Below are positions 32,857 to 51,338 of a stretch of DNA of 64,000 nt, one piece after another. Origin of the DNA: the human T2T-CHM13v2.0 reference genome, Homo sapiens; assembly GCF_009914755.1 (NCBI RefSeq), contig NC_060941.1; one strand, 5' to 3'. A program made the position numbers and the translations under genes. Each line of letters begins with the position of its first letter. The first letter of the stretch is position 1. Under the pieces are notes generated by a model that worked only from the letters and a program-made list of their open reading frames with translations, was not told the origin of the DNA and did no database searches.

Positions 32857-32951
32857 CTGAGCCTGAGGTTGGCCATGAACTCGGGCATGGAGACGGTGTC
32901 CATCAGCACGAAGTCTGCCTTGCCGAATTCCAGGCTCTCCTGCTCCGCCAT
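32857..32951 (-). CDS. MYO1D: Myosin ID, coding part of exon 1 ([31 protein letters not shown] + AG of Arg32)
   Basis: The peptide matches the known MYO1D N-terminus. Strong Kozak context (GCCATGG). 95 nt followed by a canonical donor CAG|GTGAGG at 32856 (phase 2). Lies in a CpG island. I did not find exon 2 in the window. Confidence 0.96.
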
Positions 32952-33264
32952 GGCGCCAGCGCGGGGGCTCAGGTGGGCGCGCTCGGGCCTCCGGGGCCGC
33001 TCCGTGGGCCCGCGATGAGCTCGGGAGGGGCCGGGGCGAGGCCGCGCCGCGAGGCTACGGGGAGGGGGCGCGCACGCCGCTCGGCGGGTCCGGGCCGGAC
33101 AGAGGCCGCCTCGCTGCTCCTCGGCGCCTTCTCGGCCGGCGCGGCTCCGAACGGGACGCACCCGACAGTTTCCGCTCCTCCCGCCGCGGCTGCCGGGCGC
33201 TGTAGGGGCCGGGACACCGAGACGGAGACGGCGGCGGCTGGTCCCGCCTCCAGCCTGGGGCTCG

Positions 33265-33303
33265 TCCCGGCTCCGCCCCGCCCGGGCCTCCCGGCTCCGC
33301 CCC
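33265..33303. promoter_or_regulatory. Tandem GC boxes (Sp/KLF type)
   Basis: TCCCGGCTCCGCCCC occurs twice (33265-33279 and 33289-33303). Confidence 0.6.
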
Positions 33304-33367
33304 TCCCGGCCCACTGAGGAGCCCGCCCCAGCCGCGGCCCTGGCCGCCGCCTCTTCACCTGGGCGGC

Positions 33368-33377
33368 GCGCACGCGC
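33368..33377 (-). promoter_or_regulatory. NRF1-like motif
   Basis: Minus-strand GCGCGTGCGC fits GCGCNTGCGC. Confidence 0.4.
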
Positions 33378-33425
33378 GGGTGGGCGGCGGGGACGCGCGC
33401 TGGGCCGGGCGGCGGCAGCTGGGTG

Positions 33426-33444
33426 GCAGCGCCCCCTGGGGACA
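33426..33444 (-). promoter_or_regulatory. Candidate CTCF site
   Basis: Minus-strand CTGTCCCCAGGGGGCGCTG closely matches the CTCF core CCACCAGGGGGCGC. Located at the island edge. Confidence 0.5.
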
Positions 33445-34075
33445 GGCGCTGGGATCTCAGGCGGCCAAGAGGATGGCCGCCTGCCGCCCACACTTGGTAG
33501 CTGCCAACAAAGTTAGAAAAGTAGTTCGTGGAGCTTTTCGCGAGGACAATTCATTATGATTCTGTCACCCTGCTCCAAAACCCACTCCCGCCTCTCTACT
33601 CACACCCTGCCCATTCTTGAAGTGGTGGTTCAAGCACAGACTGAGAGGTAATAATAATGGCTAACATTTTTGGGGCACCAAAAATGCCCAGAGCTGTTCT
33701 CAGCGCCTTAGAGAACTTTTAAGAAACTTGCCATACGACTAGGAAGTGGAGCAGCTGCGGTTTCACGCAGGTCATTTGACTTAGGAGCCGCAGCGTTCAA
33801 CCACGTCTGACTACCTCCATTCTTCAGTGGCCCATTTTCTCTTCCACTCATCCGAGCATGTCATCAGACATTACCTTATATGATTATTAAGTTTTTAATA
33901 TATCTTTGTATCATCTCTCCAGGATTATTGCGGATGTCTTGAGCATGGGACCATTCTTTTTGCATCCACCAAATAACTATTGTACTACTTTGCATATATA
34001 AATATGAAATCCATACTGGTTCAGTGGAATGAAGTGAGTTGTAAGTAGTCTCCAATTTATTGATACATTGGTTGA

Positions 34076-34327
<252 letters not shown>

Positions 34328-35599
34328 TAAATGACTTTCTAAGGTATCTACATTTATTCAGTCCTGTGTTTCTGTTAGGACATCTTCTATTACAAAATCT
34401 ACGAGGAAATCTAGAGGCCTCCAAGGACCTGGCTGGGCTTCAACTCTGGCTGAGTTTGAGATGAGTAAACCAGACTGAAGGACCTTGCCCAAGGCCTGCT
34501 TCAGCTGCCAGCCACCCACACTTGCTAAGAGAAAGGAAAGGAGCTTTGTCACCTCCTGAGGGACTGCCTCTGCCATCAGAAAACCACCCCAATCCCTGGC
34601 ACCAGCAGAGCTGGGTTGCATCTGACTACCGTTAGCAGCTGTCCTTCAGAAGGAGGAGATCCACCTGTCTCGATATCAGTGTCCTCATTTGTGGAATAAA
34701 AGCTCTGGAATAAGGTAGGACTGTCCTATGGTTGGGTCATTTGTGGAGGTGTCGGTCAGTGGCTAAGTAGGTTATTGCATAGGGTATGGTTGTATTCCTA
34801 ATGTTTGTATTGGCATGTTTTAACATAAGCAGAACTGAACTTCAAGAAGGAAAGAAAGAAATCTCAAACTGTATGCACTTTGGAGCATCCAGGGACCACA
34901 CCCCAAAACCTTTTGGTAAATTATATATGTGTGTTCCCTGAGCTCTGTAGGTGTTAAAAATTAGGGCAAAATCCCAGGTACCAGGAAAAGAAACATCACG
35001 GCTTGCAGATGATGAGAGAGTTGCAGAAATTGTACAGTGGTTAGGAGCTATGGTGGGATACAATGTGGTTTCCAAATGGCCAAAGTAAGAGATCCTCATT
35101 TTAATCAACATCTTATATAGGAACCCAACATATAAAACACATATACAACATATGCAAAGGGTATTTTATTAATTTCTTGTATAAGTCCAAATTAGTATAA
35201 AATTAGGCATTGATGCTCTCATGATGAACCCAAATCTGCTCAATGGGGCTCACTATTAGCCTCAGGATTCCAGTTTACTTTTGTATGTTGTTTTCATTGT
35301 ACTGTGTCAAGCAAATTCTTGTTTGTATAACTAAGCAGTAATTTGTTACCCATACAACTTTACATTCAGCATTTCTAGGCCAATGTGCAGTTACAACATT
35401 ATTAATCAATGACACACTTGAGCAAAGTTCAGGTATATGCACAGCCGGCAGGAGAGACTGAATACTCTGGTCTGCATTCAGTCAAGGTAACCTAGAGCAG
35501 ATTAGCTCATTATGAATGTTCTTTGTGATAAAATTTGAATAGAAACACATTTGGAGATGCATGTTTTTGTTACAGTTTAAAATATACAAAAAATAAAAC

Positions 35600-36250
35600 A
35601 AATAAAAGTTTATATCCCCAATCATGAGACACACAGACACCATGAGCCTCCTGATATGGTCTCCTGAAAAAGACACATATCATTTACCTGCTAAAAATAC
35701 GTAAATGGAATCTAATCATGAAGAAGCATCAAACAAACTCACATTAAGGGGCATCCTACAAAACAATTGACCTGTATTCTTCAAAAATATCAATGATGTG
35801 AAAGACAAAGAGGCTGAGGCACATCACTATTAAAGGCAATGGGTGATTCTGGACTGGATCTCCAACCAGAAAAATGTAAAGGACATTGTTGGGATAATTG
35901 GTGAAATTCAAATATAGACGCGATGTTAGATAGTAGGATAGTATCAATGCTAGTTTTTCTGAACTTGATCATTTTACTGGGATTCTGCAAGATAATGTCC
36001 TTGTTTCTAGCAGGTATCTGCTAAAGTATTTAGGAGTAAAATGATGTCTCGAACTGTTTGGCAAGAATAATAAAAATAATAAGATGAGGAGGTGGAAGGA
36101 GGGCGTGCATATATATTGGTAGACATATAAATGATTAAAGCAAATGATGCAAAATACTAACAAGTGGTAAAGTCATTAAAAATATATGGGACTTTTGAGG
36201 GGATTTTCTTTTGTACTATCCTCACAACTTTTCTGTAACTTTGCAATTAG
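35600..36250 (+). mobile_element. Old L1MC-type fragment
   Basis: GAATCTAATCATGA...GGACATTGTTGGGATAATTGGTGAAATT motifs. Confidence 0.7.
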
Positions 36251-36267
36251 TTTGAAATTTATTCATT

Positions 36268-36553
36268 TATTTTGAGACGGAGTCTTGCTCTGCCGCCCAG
36301 GCTGAAGTGCAGTGACACGATCTCGGCTCACTGCAACCTCCGCCTCCCGGGTTCAAGCGAGTCTCCTGCCTCAGCCTCCTGAGTAGCTGGGACTACAGGT
36401 GCATGCCACCATGCCCAGCTAATTTTTGTATTTTTAGTAGAAACGGGGTTTCACCATGTTGGTCAGGCTGGTCTCAAGCTCCTGACCTCATGATCTGCCC
36501 ACCTCAGCCTCCCAAAGTGCTGGGATTAGAGGTGTGAGCCACCACACTCGGCC
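36268..36553 (-). mobile_element. AluS
   Basis: Antisense dimeric Alu. Confidence 0.88.
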
Positions 36554-36829
36554 TGAAATTTAAACTTAAAAATTAAATAGTAATCTAAAACTGTGCTAAA
36601 TAAAAATTTTTAATTTAAAAATATTAAATAACACTTAGAAATCAAAGTCACATCAGAATTTTGCAAACCTTCCAGAACTGAAGAACCAGCAGATATTTTT
36701 GAAAACCCTGGTCCAGGGTACCTCTTAGCTCTATTTGGCATAGATGTGCTAGGAGATTATAAACACTGAACAGGTAATTCTAAAAACAAAAATAATTAGA
36801 TGTCAAATATACCCATATGCCCCTGAGAA

Positions 36830-37195
36830 GGTGCATCCTGTTCTCTGCCTGAAGTTCTCCCCGCCACCCCACCCCTCACTCCTATGACCTAGCTAACTTC
36901 CGCTCATCCCTCCGCTCTCAGTCTCAACATCACTTCCTCCAAGAAGGCTTCCATAATCTCCTGAGTCAGAATTGGCTGTTCCTCCTCTGTGCCTCCTGCA
37001 GCATCCTGGAAGTGCTGCCCCCATTACAGTACTAAATGCCCTTGAGCCTACTGTCTGTCTCTCTCACTCGTTTGTAAGGGCCATGAGGGCTGGAAGCTGT
37101 CTTTTCTGGTTTTTGATGTAAATGTAATTCTGGCACCTCCTAGCATAGTGCTAAGAGATGAAGTGCTTAATAAACTGTTGCTTGATAAATGAATA
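36830..37195 (+). mobile_element. L2 3' end
   Basis: CATCACTTCCTCCAAGAAG...AATAAACTGTTG...AAATGAAT. Confidence 0.65.
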
Positions 37196-38457
37196 TGGAA
37201 TGGTCTGTGAACCTATGGGTCATAAAATGTGAGACTGTAAATCCACCCCCCTTGGTAGTTTTCTGCATTGCAAATTAGTCATTGTACAACATTAACCTCA
37301 GTCTCATCTCCTGCCCCGGAAGCAGATCTCAGGGCTGTGTTTATTTCTCCCCTGGGACCAGGCCTGCACACTGTGTGTTCACACTGAACAAAAGCTACTG
37401 TTCCAAAAACCCTTCTGTAGTTACCAGCCACTGCAGAGGGTCTACTCTTGATGATCCACGAAAATCAACCCTGAATTTTCCACCACAAATGTTTATTCCC
37501 ATTCAACTTTCCCAGAATGTTTCTGGGCTGCCCTGCCCTCCCTCCCTTTACCAGAGGCTTTGCATCCAAGGAAGACAACTCTTTCAGCATGAGTCTGGCA
37601 AGACAGAAATAAGACAGCTAGGAAAAAAACAACAACAACAATAGTCACACAGCATATTCAAAGGGCATTTTATAAATTTATTTTATAATCCCAAATTATC
37701 ACAGAGCAGAAGTAGAAAGGCAAACATATGTTGCAAAATAACTTCATTACGTACTTACAGCCATATAGAAATGATTTGGAACTCTGCCTTAGAAAATATC
37801 CAAAACATACCTCCTCCTCTTTACTGCATGAGCCTGGATTTGAACTAAGAATGATACATCAGAAATAGCATATGTACTTTTCATGGCTTCTGAAGCCAAA
37901 AAATTCTTTAAGTATAAAGAGACCTGACAGTTGCCTCTCTGATGTCATTAATGACTTTTACCCACCTGTAGAGTCCCCTCTCTCCCCTAACCCCCAACCT
38001 GACACTCTAGACATCTCACAGGACAAAGGAAAGGGAGTTTTCATGGCAGGGATCACTACCCTGAACCATCCTGAAAGTCCAAAAAGTGATTTTTAAAGTT
38101 CATCTTCTCACCTCTAACTCTTAAAGACAGAAGACTAGCAAGCCAATTGCTAACGACTTGGCTTTGAGTTCTAGACACTTCTTTTCTCCATTGTTCCTGT
38201 GGTCCAGCTGTGCTTACCTGTGATGGTGTTGAGTTGGGGACTGGAGTGACTGTGATACCACAGACAGAGCTCCTTTTAACTAATCAGGCTAAGCACAGAG
38301 GGTGTTGGGAGATGTCAGCTGAAGAGGGGAGGAGATAGAGGAGGAAGAGAAGGAAGGAGCCGGTACTACAAGGGTGTCGGCAGCAAGAGGAGAGTAGCAA
38401 GGCACTACTTCTCAATTTTAGGTTTCATCATCCTTTAATAAAAACGTGTGGACTTCC

Positions 38458-38826
<369 letters not shown>

Positions 38827-39543
38827 TCACCTCCACCCCTGGAAGTAACCTCTCTTCTACGGGCCCCAAGTTAAGGACTCCTGAGCTAAGGGAAAGATCA
38901 CACCACAATTCCTGATTATTTTGGAATGGAGAAGAATTATAGCAAGCCATCACTGTCAGTATCCTGTGAGTCACCAGACAGGGACTGTCCCAATAACTCA
39001 TCCCCCTGTGTGGGCAGACAAGCCACAGATGTAAGGCCACAGGAAAGATAGAATCAGAGGGTGGAGGCGGACAACCTGGAACTGCCTCCAGAATTATTCC
39101 TGCTTGCCATGACGTAGTTTCTGACTATAAACATTCAAAGGGAATGCATCTTCTTTAGGAATTACAGAAGTGTTTATCACTCTGGGTTGGAGTTGGCTGT
39201 TCAGGCATATCCCTAAACTCTCTAGGACAGGGGCTGTGCCCAACTCATCCTTATATCTACAACCCCTCAAACTGTGCCTGGTACCCAACAGGTATTTCTT
39301 GAGTGTAGTAGGTGAATTAATTAGCAAGTTAATTAGTAAATGGATGTGTGTAGATGTATTGTTCCATTTTAAGGGCCATATGGCCTTTCCTTAAGCCCCA
39401 AACCAAATAATCACTAAATCTCAAGCTATTCTGCCATTGAAAGCAGTCCTAGAGCTAGAAAGTTTGGGAGTGTGATAGGAACCCATGAGAGGGAAAACAA
39501 AAAGACATATCACAATCTATTCATGGATTGATGGTGTCTTAAG

Positions 39544-40028
<485 letters not shown>

Positions 40029-40280
40029 ATTCTAAGGAATAGAATGTTGTTACTTGAACATCATGTTTAAGTATGATGATATCTGTAAAGGAGGATATGT
40101 TTGGTCATATCAAACATCCTCCTTTACAGACGGACAAACCGAGTCCCAGGAAGAGTGGCTGACTAACTAGATCAAAGTGAGGCAGTGGTAGAGCTGAGAC
40201 CAGAACTCAAAATATGTGGTTTGGGTCATGTAATGGGTAGTTTCCACTATCCAGCATGGACATTCAATTAAGAGATTGCG

Positions 40281-40408
40281 CCGGGAGGCTGGGGCAGGAG
40301 AATTGCTTGAACCCAGGAGGCCGAGGTTCCCGGGTGGGCCAAGATCGGGCCACTGCACTCCACCCTGGGTGACAGAGTGAGATTCTGTCTCAACAACAAC
40401 AACAAAAA
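40281..40408 (+). mobile_element. Truncated Alu right arm
   Basis: CGGGAGGCTG...GTCTC followed by an (AAC)n tail. Confidence 0.8.
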
Positions 40409-40626
40409 ATTAAACAATTTAAAAAAATTTAAAAAGAGAGAAATTGCACTTCGTGAGATGAAGTTCAGGAGGTAAGGTAAGTAGAAGTGAGGGAGAGCAA
40501 CACCCTAGATCTTCTCTGGGTACCCCCAGAACTTCTGTTCCTTTCCCATTTGTAAATATTGGGATGATGTCTTCATTTTCTCTGTCCCCTTTTTCTCCTA
40601 AAAGTTTAGAGTAGAGGTTAAAGAGG

Positions 40627-40738
40627 AGATATTGTTGGGATTGGAAGAAAACCGTTCCAATTCCAAGTACTTTGCTACTTTGTCAGGTGGAGGGAAGAAA
40701 TGAATTGGAATGGTTTTCTTTCAAACCCAACAATATCT
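40627..40738. repeat. 37-bp inverted repeat with a 38-nt spacer
   Basis: Arms 40627-40663 and 40702-40738, 34/37 complementary. Confidence 0.9.
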
Positions 40739-41319
40739 AGTAACTAGTACAAGATACGATAATAATAACTAGTACTAGATACATCTACTACTACAATATC
40801 TAATACCTAGTACTAGTTAGTACTAGTTTCACCTAGCATTCATATTGGGTCAGTATCTGCAGAATTGACATTCCAGGAAGAGTGCAACATCATATTTAGG
40901 GTGATGGATAATCTGCTCCCCCAAACTGCTTTCCTCCTGCCTTTTACCCAGAGTTTCTCAGTTTCTCAACTGGTAAGCTGCAGCAGTATCCATCTCCTAG
41001 GGTTAAGATCCTGAAATAAAATGCATAGCATGACCCTCTGACTTTTTCCAACCAACTGGATTAATTCTTCAGAATATCTAGAGGTATAAATAATGTGAGC
41101 CATGCTTATATCCAAATCTGACAACCTGAACCCTGAAGAAATTATACAGGGGAAAAGTTTCAATCTAGGAGATCCCAGAGGTCATGTAACCCAATATCTC
41201 ATCCAATGCCTGAATCCCCTCTGTAATATGCCACAATGTCTGCACCTACCTGGGACATTTGCCTCATTAGGCCTCCCTCATGCCCAGAAGGTATATCTAC
41301 ATAAAAACAGCTCATTCAT

Positions 41320-41699
<380 letters not shown>

Positions 41700-42169
41700 T
41701 TATGAGCTTGATTTGTCCTTTGGAGCTTATATGCCACCAAGGTAGGACCAGCTTGAAGTGAATTGTAATCAAGCTGGGGGGCCAAGGTCAGGGCCAGGTA
41801 GAAAGGAGCCTCCTACTTTTCTCAAGTTGACCTGTCTTTAGAGTTTCTGTCCATAAAATTCCAACTCTTATTTCACCGATCTTTTTGAGGTCCAGCGTCT
41901 CAATGTCTCAGTGTGACTTTGCTTATCTCCTCACAGTGTCACTTTCTCTTAGTGTTCTCATCCTTTCCAAGTCTCTAATTAGCTCTCCTGAACTGAATAG
42001 GATTCTGTTCAGAGTAGCATCCTCCCCATACTCAGGAGGCAGTGGTGGCACAGTGGTACCCAAACTTTGGGTACCTGCACCAGAGGCTTAGAGATCTGAA
42101 TTTTAATAAGCAGCCCAGGAGATTCTGCTGCAGGTGGACAGGGGGCCAACCAAACTTGGAGAAATATTG

Positions 42170-42390
42170 AGGGGAATTTTGGTGTCATACACTGGAGTTC
42201 AAGTCCTAGGTCTGTATGACCTTGAACAAATTAGCTCATCTGCGTAAGCCTCAGTTTCCTCACCTTTAATAAAGATGAGAAAAACCCACCTCGAAGTGTG
42301 AAGTGAGGTGACATCTATAAAGTGCTTCATGTAATTTAAGGCGGGCAGTAAGCACTCAGTAAATACAAGCTAGCATTGCTATTAGTGCAA
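42170..42390 (+). mobile_element. MIR (preceded by a MER5-like fragment at about 42050-42169)
   Basis: TGACCTTGAACAAATT...GCCTCAGTTTCCTCA core. Confidence 0.7.
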
Positions 42391-42639
42391 TTGCTTCTGT
42401 TATCTTCAGAATAGGGAATTATTAGAAGCAGATAAGTTGTAGCATGTCCTTTTTAGCAGACTGAGATTTCTAATTGATGCCTGTGAGCTTCTGGTCACGC
42501 TGTGATTTTCCTCTATGTGAGTTTTATGATTCCTGTTGATTTATTACCATTTACATGTATAGCCCTGGGCCTTGCACTTAGTAAGGGATCAAAACTTCCT
42601 CTGCGTGTGTGTGCGTGTGTTTGCGTGTGTTTAAAATAA

Positions 42640-42974
<335 letters not shown>

Positions 42975-43448
42975 CTTCCTGAATATATTTGAATGAGTGA
43001 ATTCCCTCTGTGCTACACCCTCACTGCAGCATCACATTTCTTCTTCCCATTCCCCGAATGCTCTCCAGCCTCCTCCTGACATAAAGCCCTGGTTTACGTC
43101 CCTCCTGGCACAACTCTTCCCATTTCCCCATTCCGTGTGAAGAGTGCCATCCCATGGAGCCTTGATTGTTACCTGCCAATTTGTATATGTTATTTGCATT
43201 AAAACTTCTGATTCACGGAGGAGCCAAGATGGCCGAATAGGAACAGCTCCGGTCTACAGCTCCCAGCATGAGCAACGCAGAAGACGGGTGATTTCTGCAT
43301 TTCCATCTGAGGTACCGGGTTCATCTCACTAGGGAGTGCCAGACAGTGGGCGCAGGCCAGTGGGTGCACGCACCGTGTGCGAGCCGAAGCAGGGCGAGGC
43401 ATTGCCTCACCTGGGAAGCGCAAGGGGTCAGGGAGTTCCCTTTCCGAG

Positions 43449-43664
43449 TCAAAGAAAGGGGTGACGGACGCACCTGGAAAATCGGGTCACTCCCACCCGA
43501 ATACTGCGCTTTTCTGACTGACTTAAAAAACGGCGCACCACGAGATTATATCCCACACCTGGCTCGGAGGGTCCTACGCCCACGGAATCTCGCTGATTGC
43601 TAGCACAGCAGTCTGAGATCAAACTGCAAGGCGGCAGCGAGGCTGGGGGAGGGGCGCCCACCAT
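43449..43664 (-). CDS. L1 antisense ORF0, intact 71 aa (MVGAPPPASL...VRHPFL)
   Basis: ATG at 43664 in GCAATGG context. 71 codons matching primate L1 ORF0. Internal donors CAG|GTGTGG (exon end 43559) and CAG|GTGCGT (exon end 43474). Confidence 0.85.
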   Translation of the reverse strand: MVGAPPPASLPPCSLISDCCASNQRDSVGVGPSEPGVGYNLVVRRFLSQSEKRSIRVGVTRFSRCVRHPFL

Positions 43665-44118
43665 TGCCCAGGCTTGATCAGGTAAACAAAGCAGCCGGAA
43701 GCTCCAACTGGGTGGAGCCCACCACAGCTCAAGGAGGCCTGCCTGCCTCTGTAGGCTCCACCTCTGGGGGCAGGGCACAGACAAACAAAAAGACAGCAGT
43801 AACCTCTGCAGACTTAAATGTCCCTGTCTGACAGCTTTGAAGAGAGCAGTGGCTCTCCCAGCACGCAGCTGGAGATCTGAGAACCGGCAGACTGCCTCCT
43901 CAAGTGGGTTCCTGACCCCTGACCCCCGAGCAGCCTAACTGGGAGGCACCCCCCAGCAGGAGCACCCTGACACCTCACACGGCAGGGTATTCCAACAGAC
44001 CTGCAGCTGAGGGTCCTGTCTGTTAGAAGGAAAACTAACAAACAGAAAGGACATCCACACCGAAAACCCATCTGTACATCACCATCATCAAAGACCAAAA
44101 GTAGATAAAACCACAAAG

Positions 44119-45135
44119 ATGGGAAAAAAACAGAACAGAAAAACTGGAAACTCTAAAACGCAGAGCGTCTCTCCTCCTCCAAAGGAACGCAGTTCCTCAC
44201 CAGCAACGGAACAAAGCTGGATGGAGAATGACTTTGACGAGCTGAGAGAAGAAGGCTTCAGACGATCAAATTACTCTGAGCTACGGGAGGACATTCAAAC
44301 CAAAGGCAAAGAAGTTGAAAACTTTGAAAAAAATTTAGAAGAATGTATAACTAGAATAACCAATACAGAGAAGTGCTTAAAGGAGCTGATGGAGCTGAAA
44401 ACCAAGGCTCGAGACTTACGTGAAGAATGCAGAAGCCTCAGGAGCCGATGCGATCAACTGGAAGAAAGGGTATCAGTGATGGAAGATGAAATGAATGAAA
44501 TGAAGCGAGAAGGGAAGTTTAGAGAAAAACGAATAAAAAGAAATGAGCAAAGCCTCCAAGAAATATGGGACTATGTGAAAAGACCAAATCTACGTCTGAT
44601 TGGTGTACCTGAAAGTGATGGGGAGAATGGAACCAAGTTGGAAAACACTCTGCAGGATATTATCCAGGAGAACTTCCCCAATCTAGCAAGGCAGGCCAAC
44701 GTTCAGATTCAGGAAATACAGAGAACGCCACAAAGATACTCCTCGAGAAGAGCAACTCCAAGACACATAATTGTCAGATTCACCAAAGTTGAAATGAAGG
44801 AAAAAATGTTAAAGGCAGCCAGAGAGAAAGGTCGGGTTACCCTCAAAGGGAAGCCCATCAGACTAACAGCGGATCTCTCATCAGAAACCCTACAAGCCAG
44901 AAGAGAGTGGGGGCCAATATTCAACATTCTTAAAGAAAAGAATTTTCAACCCAGAATTTCATATCCAGCCAAACTAAGCTTCATAAGTGAAGGAGAAATA
45001 AAATCCTTTACAGACAAGCAAATGCTGAGAGATTTTGTCACCACCAGGCCTGCCCTAAAAGAGCTCCTGAAGGAAGCACTAAACATGGAAAGGAACAACC
45101 GGTACCAGCCGCTGCAAAATCATGCCAAAATGTAA
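44119..45135 (+). CDS. L1 ORF1p, intact 338 aa
   Basis: MGKKQNRK...NHAKM; the REKG, ARR and YPAKLS motifs are retained. Confidence 0.95.
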   Translation: MGKKQNRKTGNSKTQSVSPPPKERSSSPATEQSWMENDFDELREEGFRRSNYSELREDIQTKGKEVENFEKNLEECITRITNTEKCLKELMELKTKARDLREECRSLRSRCDQLEERVSVMEDEMNEMKREGKFREKRIKRNEQSLQEIWDYVKRPNLRLIGVPESDGENGTKLENTLQDIIQENFPNLARQANVQIQEIQRTPQRYSSRRATPRHIIVRFTKVEMKEKMLKAAREKGRVTLKGKPIRLTADLSSETLQARREWGPIFNILKEKNFQPRISYPAKLSFISEGEIKSFTDKQMLRDFVTTRPALKELLKEALNMERNNRYQPLQNHAKM

Positions 45136-45198
45136 AGACCATCGAGACTAGGAAGAAACTGCATCAACTAACGAGCAAAATCACCAGCTAACATCATA

Positions 45199-49026
<3,828 letters not shown>

Positions 49027-49230
49027 ACAATGAGATCACATGGACATAGGAAGGGGAATATCACACTCTGGGGACTATTGTGGGGTGGGGGGAGGGGGGA
49101 GGGATAGCATTGGGAGATATACCTAATGCTAGATGACAAGTTAGTGGGTGCAGCGCACCAGCATGGCACATGTATACATATGTAACTAACCTGCACAATG
49201 TGCACATGTACCCTAAAACTTAAAGTATAA

Positions 49231-49752
<522 letters not shown>

Positions 49753-50124
49753 TAAAATAGAGAGTTTAAAGATGAGACTGGTGACTTGAGAGTAAGAGTT
49801 GGGGGTGGGGTGGGGGCATGGTTTTGACAACCAGGCAACAAGCAACTACCTTTTCCTTTCATACTTGTTCCTTTCCAGTACACAGAGGTATTCTGTTTAG
49901 TTTTTGTTGTCGTTGTTGTTAACTCAGGCACTATTCAGATTTTTTTTTCAGGGTTTTAAATTCAGGACTTTGCAGAGTATCAAAGAAATAATTCAGAAGA
50001 ATTCAACCTACACTATAAATAAGTTACATTTGAAATTCTCCAGCAATGAATTGATACATGTAGCAATTATGTAGAGCACATGTGTAACTACAAACATTGT
50101 GGGGCTCTGGTGTTCAGTTTTGGA

Positions 50125-50360
50125 AGGAGAGAGAATGCGAGTTAGAAAGCAAAGGCTCCAAGGCTGGCTTTGCCACTCAGACACTGTATATGACCCTGTG
50201 CAAGTCACTTAAGCCCTCTGAACCTCAGTGTCCTTCTCTGTTAAGTGGAGTAATGCTAATATCTTACCTCATAGCGTTGCTCTGATAATTAAATGGGATA
50301 AAGAATGTTAGTGTGGCATCTGGGACATAGTTAGGGCTCCTAAGTTGACGGCACTGTTAT
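50125..50360 (+). mobile_element. MIR
   Basis: GCAAGTCACTTAAGCCCTCTGAACCTCAG core. Confidence 0.75.
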
Positions 50361-50980
50361 TATCTGCCAGTCCCTTGCACCAAGGCTTTGAAGCAACTTA
50401 TAACCAGTAGTAGGGGAAAGAGTGTCTGTTCTGATCTGGTTCTTCTCTCCTTTGACACCCTGGTTCTCTGGTGTCCTCTTATCTGTTCGTTCGTGTCAGG
50501 CTGGTCAATTCCTTGTAGCTGAACTGATACACTAATTGCAGGAAGTTCATGGGCTATCTACAATTTCTCAAAGTTGAGTCTTGTAGATACAGTCACTTCC
50601 TGGCATTTTTGTTCATGCTGTCACCCAAGTTCCTAATTGCTGTTGCATAACCAGGTATGTGCTTGCCTTTCAGAGGATGCGTTTTTCTCCTGATGCAAAT
50701 ACAAATACAAGGCATAAGTGCAATGTCTGTGAATAGATGCCTCCTCCACTCCAACCCAAATCTTGTGTAGTTGTTTCAGGAAGCTTTCATAGATCAATAA
50801 ATTCCATATCTGGTTGGTCATTAGATTTACCTGGCCTGCTTTAGAAACATCTATCTTCCAGGTTTCACTCCCAGTCTTTTGAATATAAATCTTAGTGGCT
50901 AAGAATCATGTAATAAAAACACCTTGAGTTAGGTACAATAAAAGAATAACTTCTGAAATGACTGTTGCCTGGTAAATTAA

Positions 50981-51338
<358 letters not shown>

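Larger units (their letters stand above)
32400..33545. promoter_or_regulatory. CpG island / TATA-less MYO1D promoter and 5' UTR
   Basis: Very high GC and CpG density around exon 1. The TSS probably lies at about 33200-33300 (inferred, not visible in sequence). Confidence 0.92.

Noticed and set aside
32952-33491. In-frame open extension upstream of the MYO1D ATG (212-aa ORF) and overlapping GC-rich ORFs on both strands
   Set aside because: Stop-poor CpG-island sequence. There is no upstream ATG, the nearest in-frame CTG has weak context, and the ORF extends past the probable TSS.
43665-43784. N-terminal extension of ORF0 (111-aa ORF in the track)
   Set aside because: Begins at a non-ATG codon; the canonical ORF0 ATG is at 43664.
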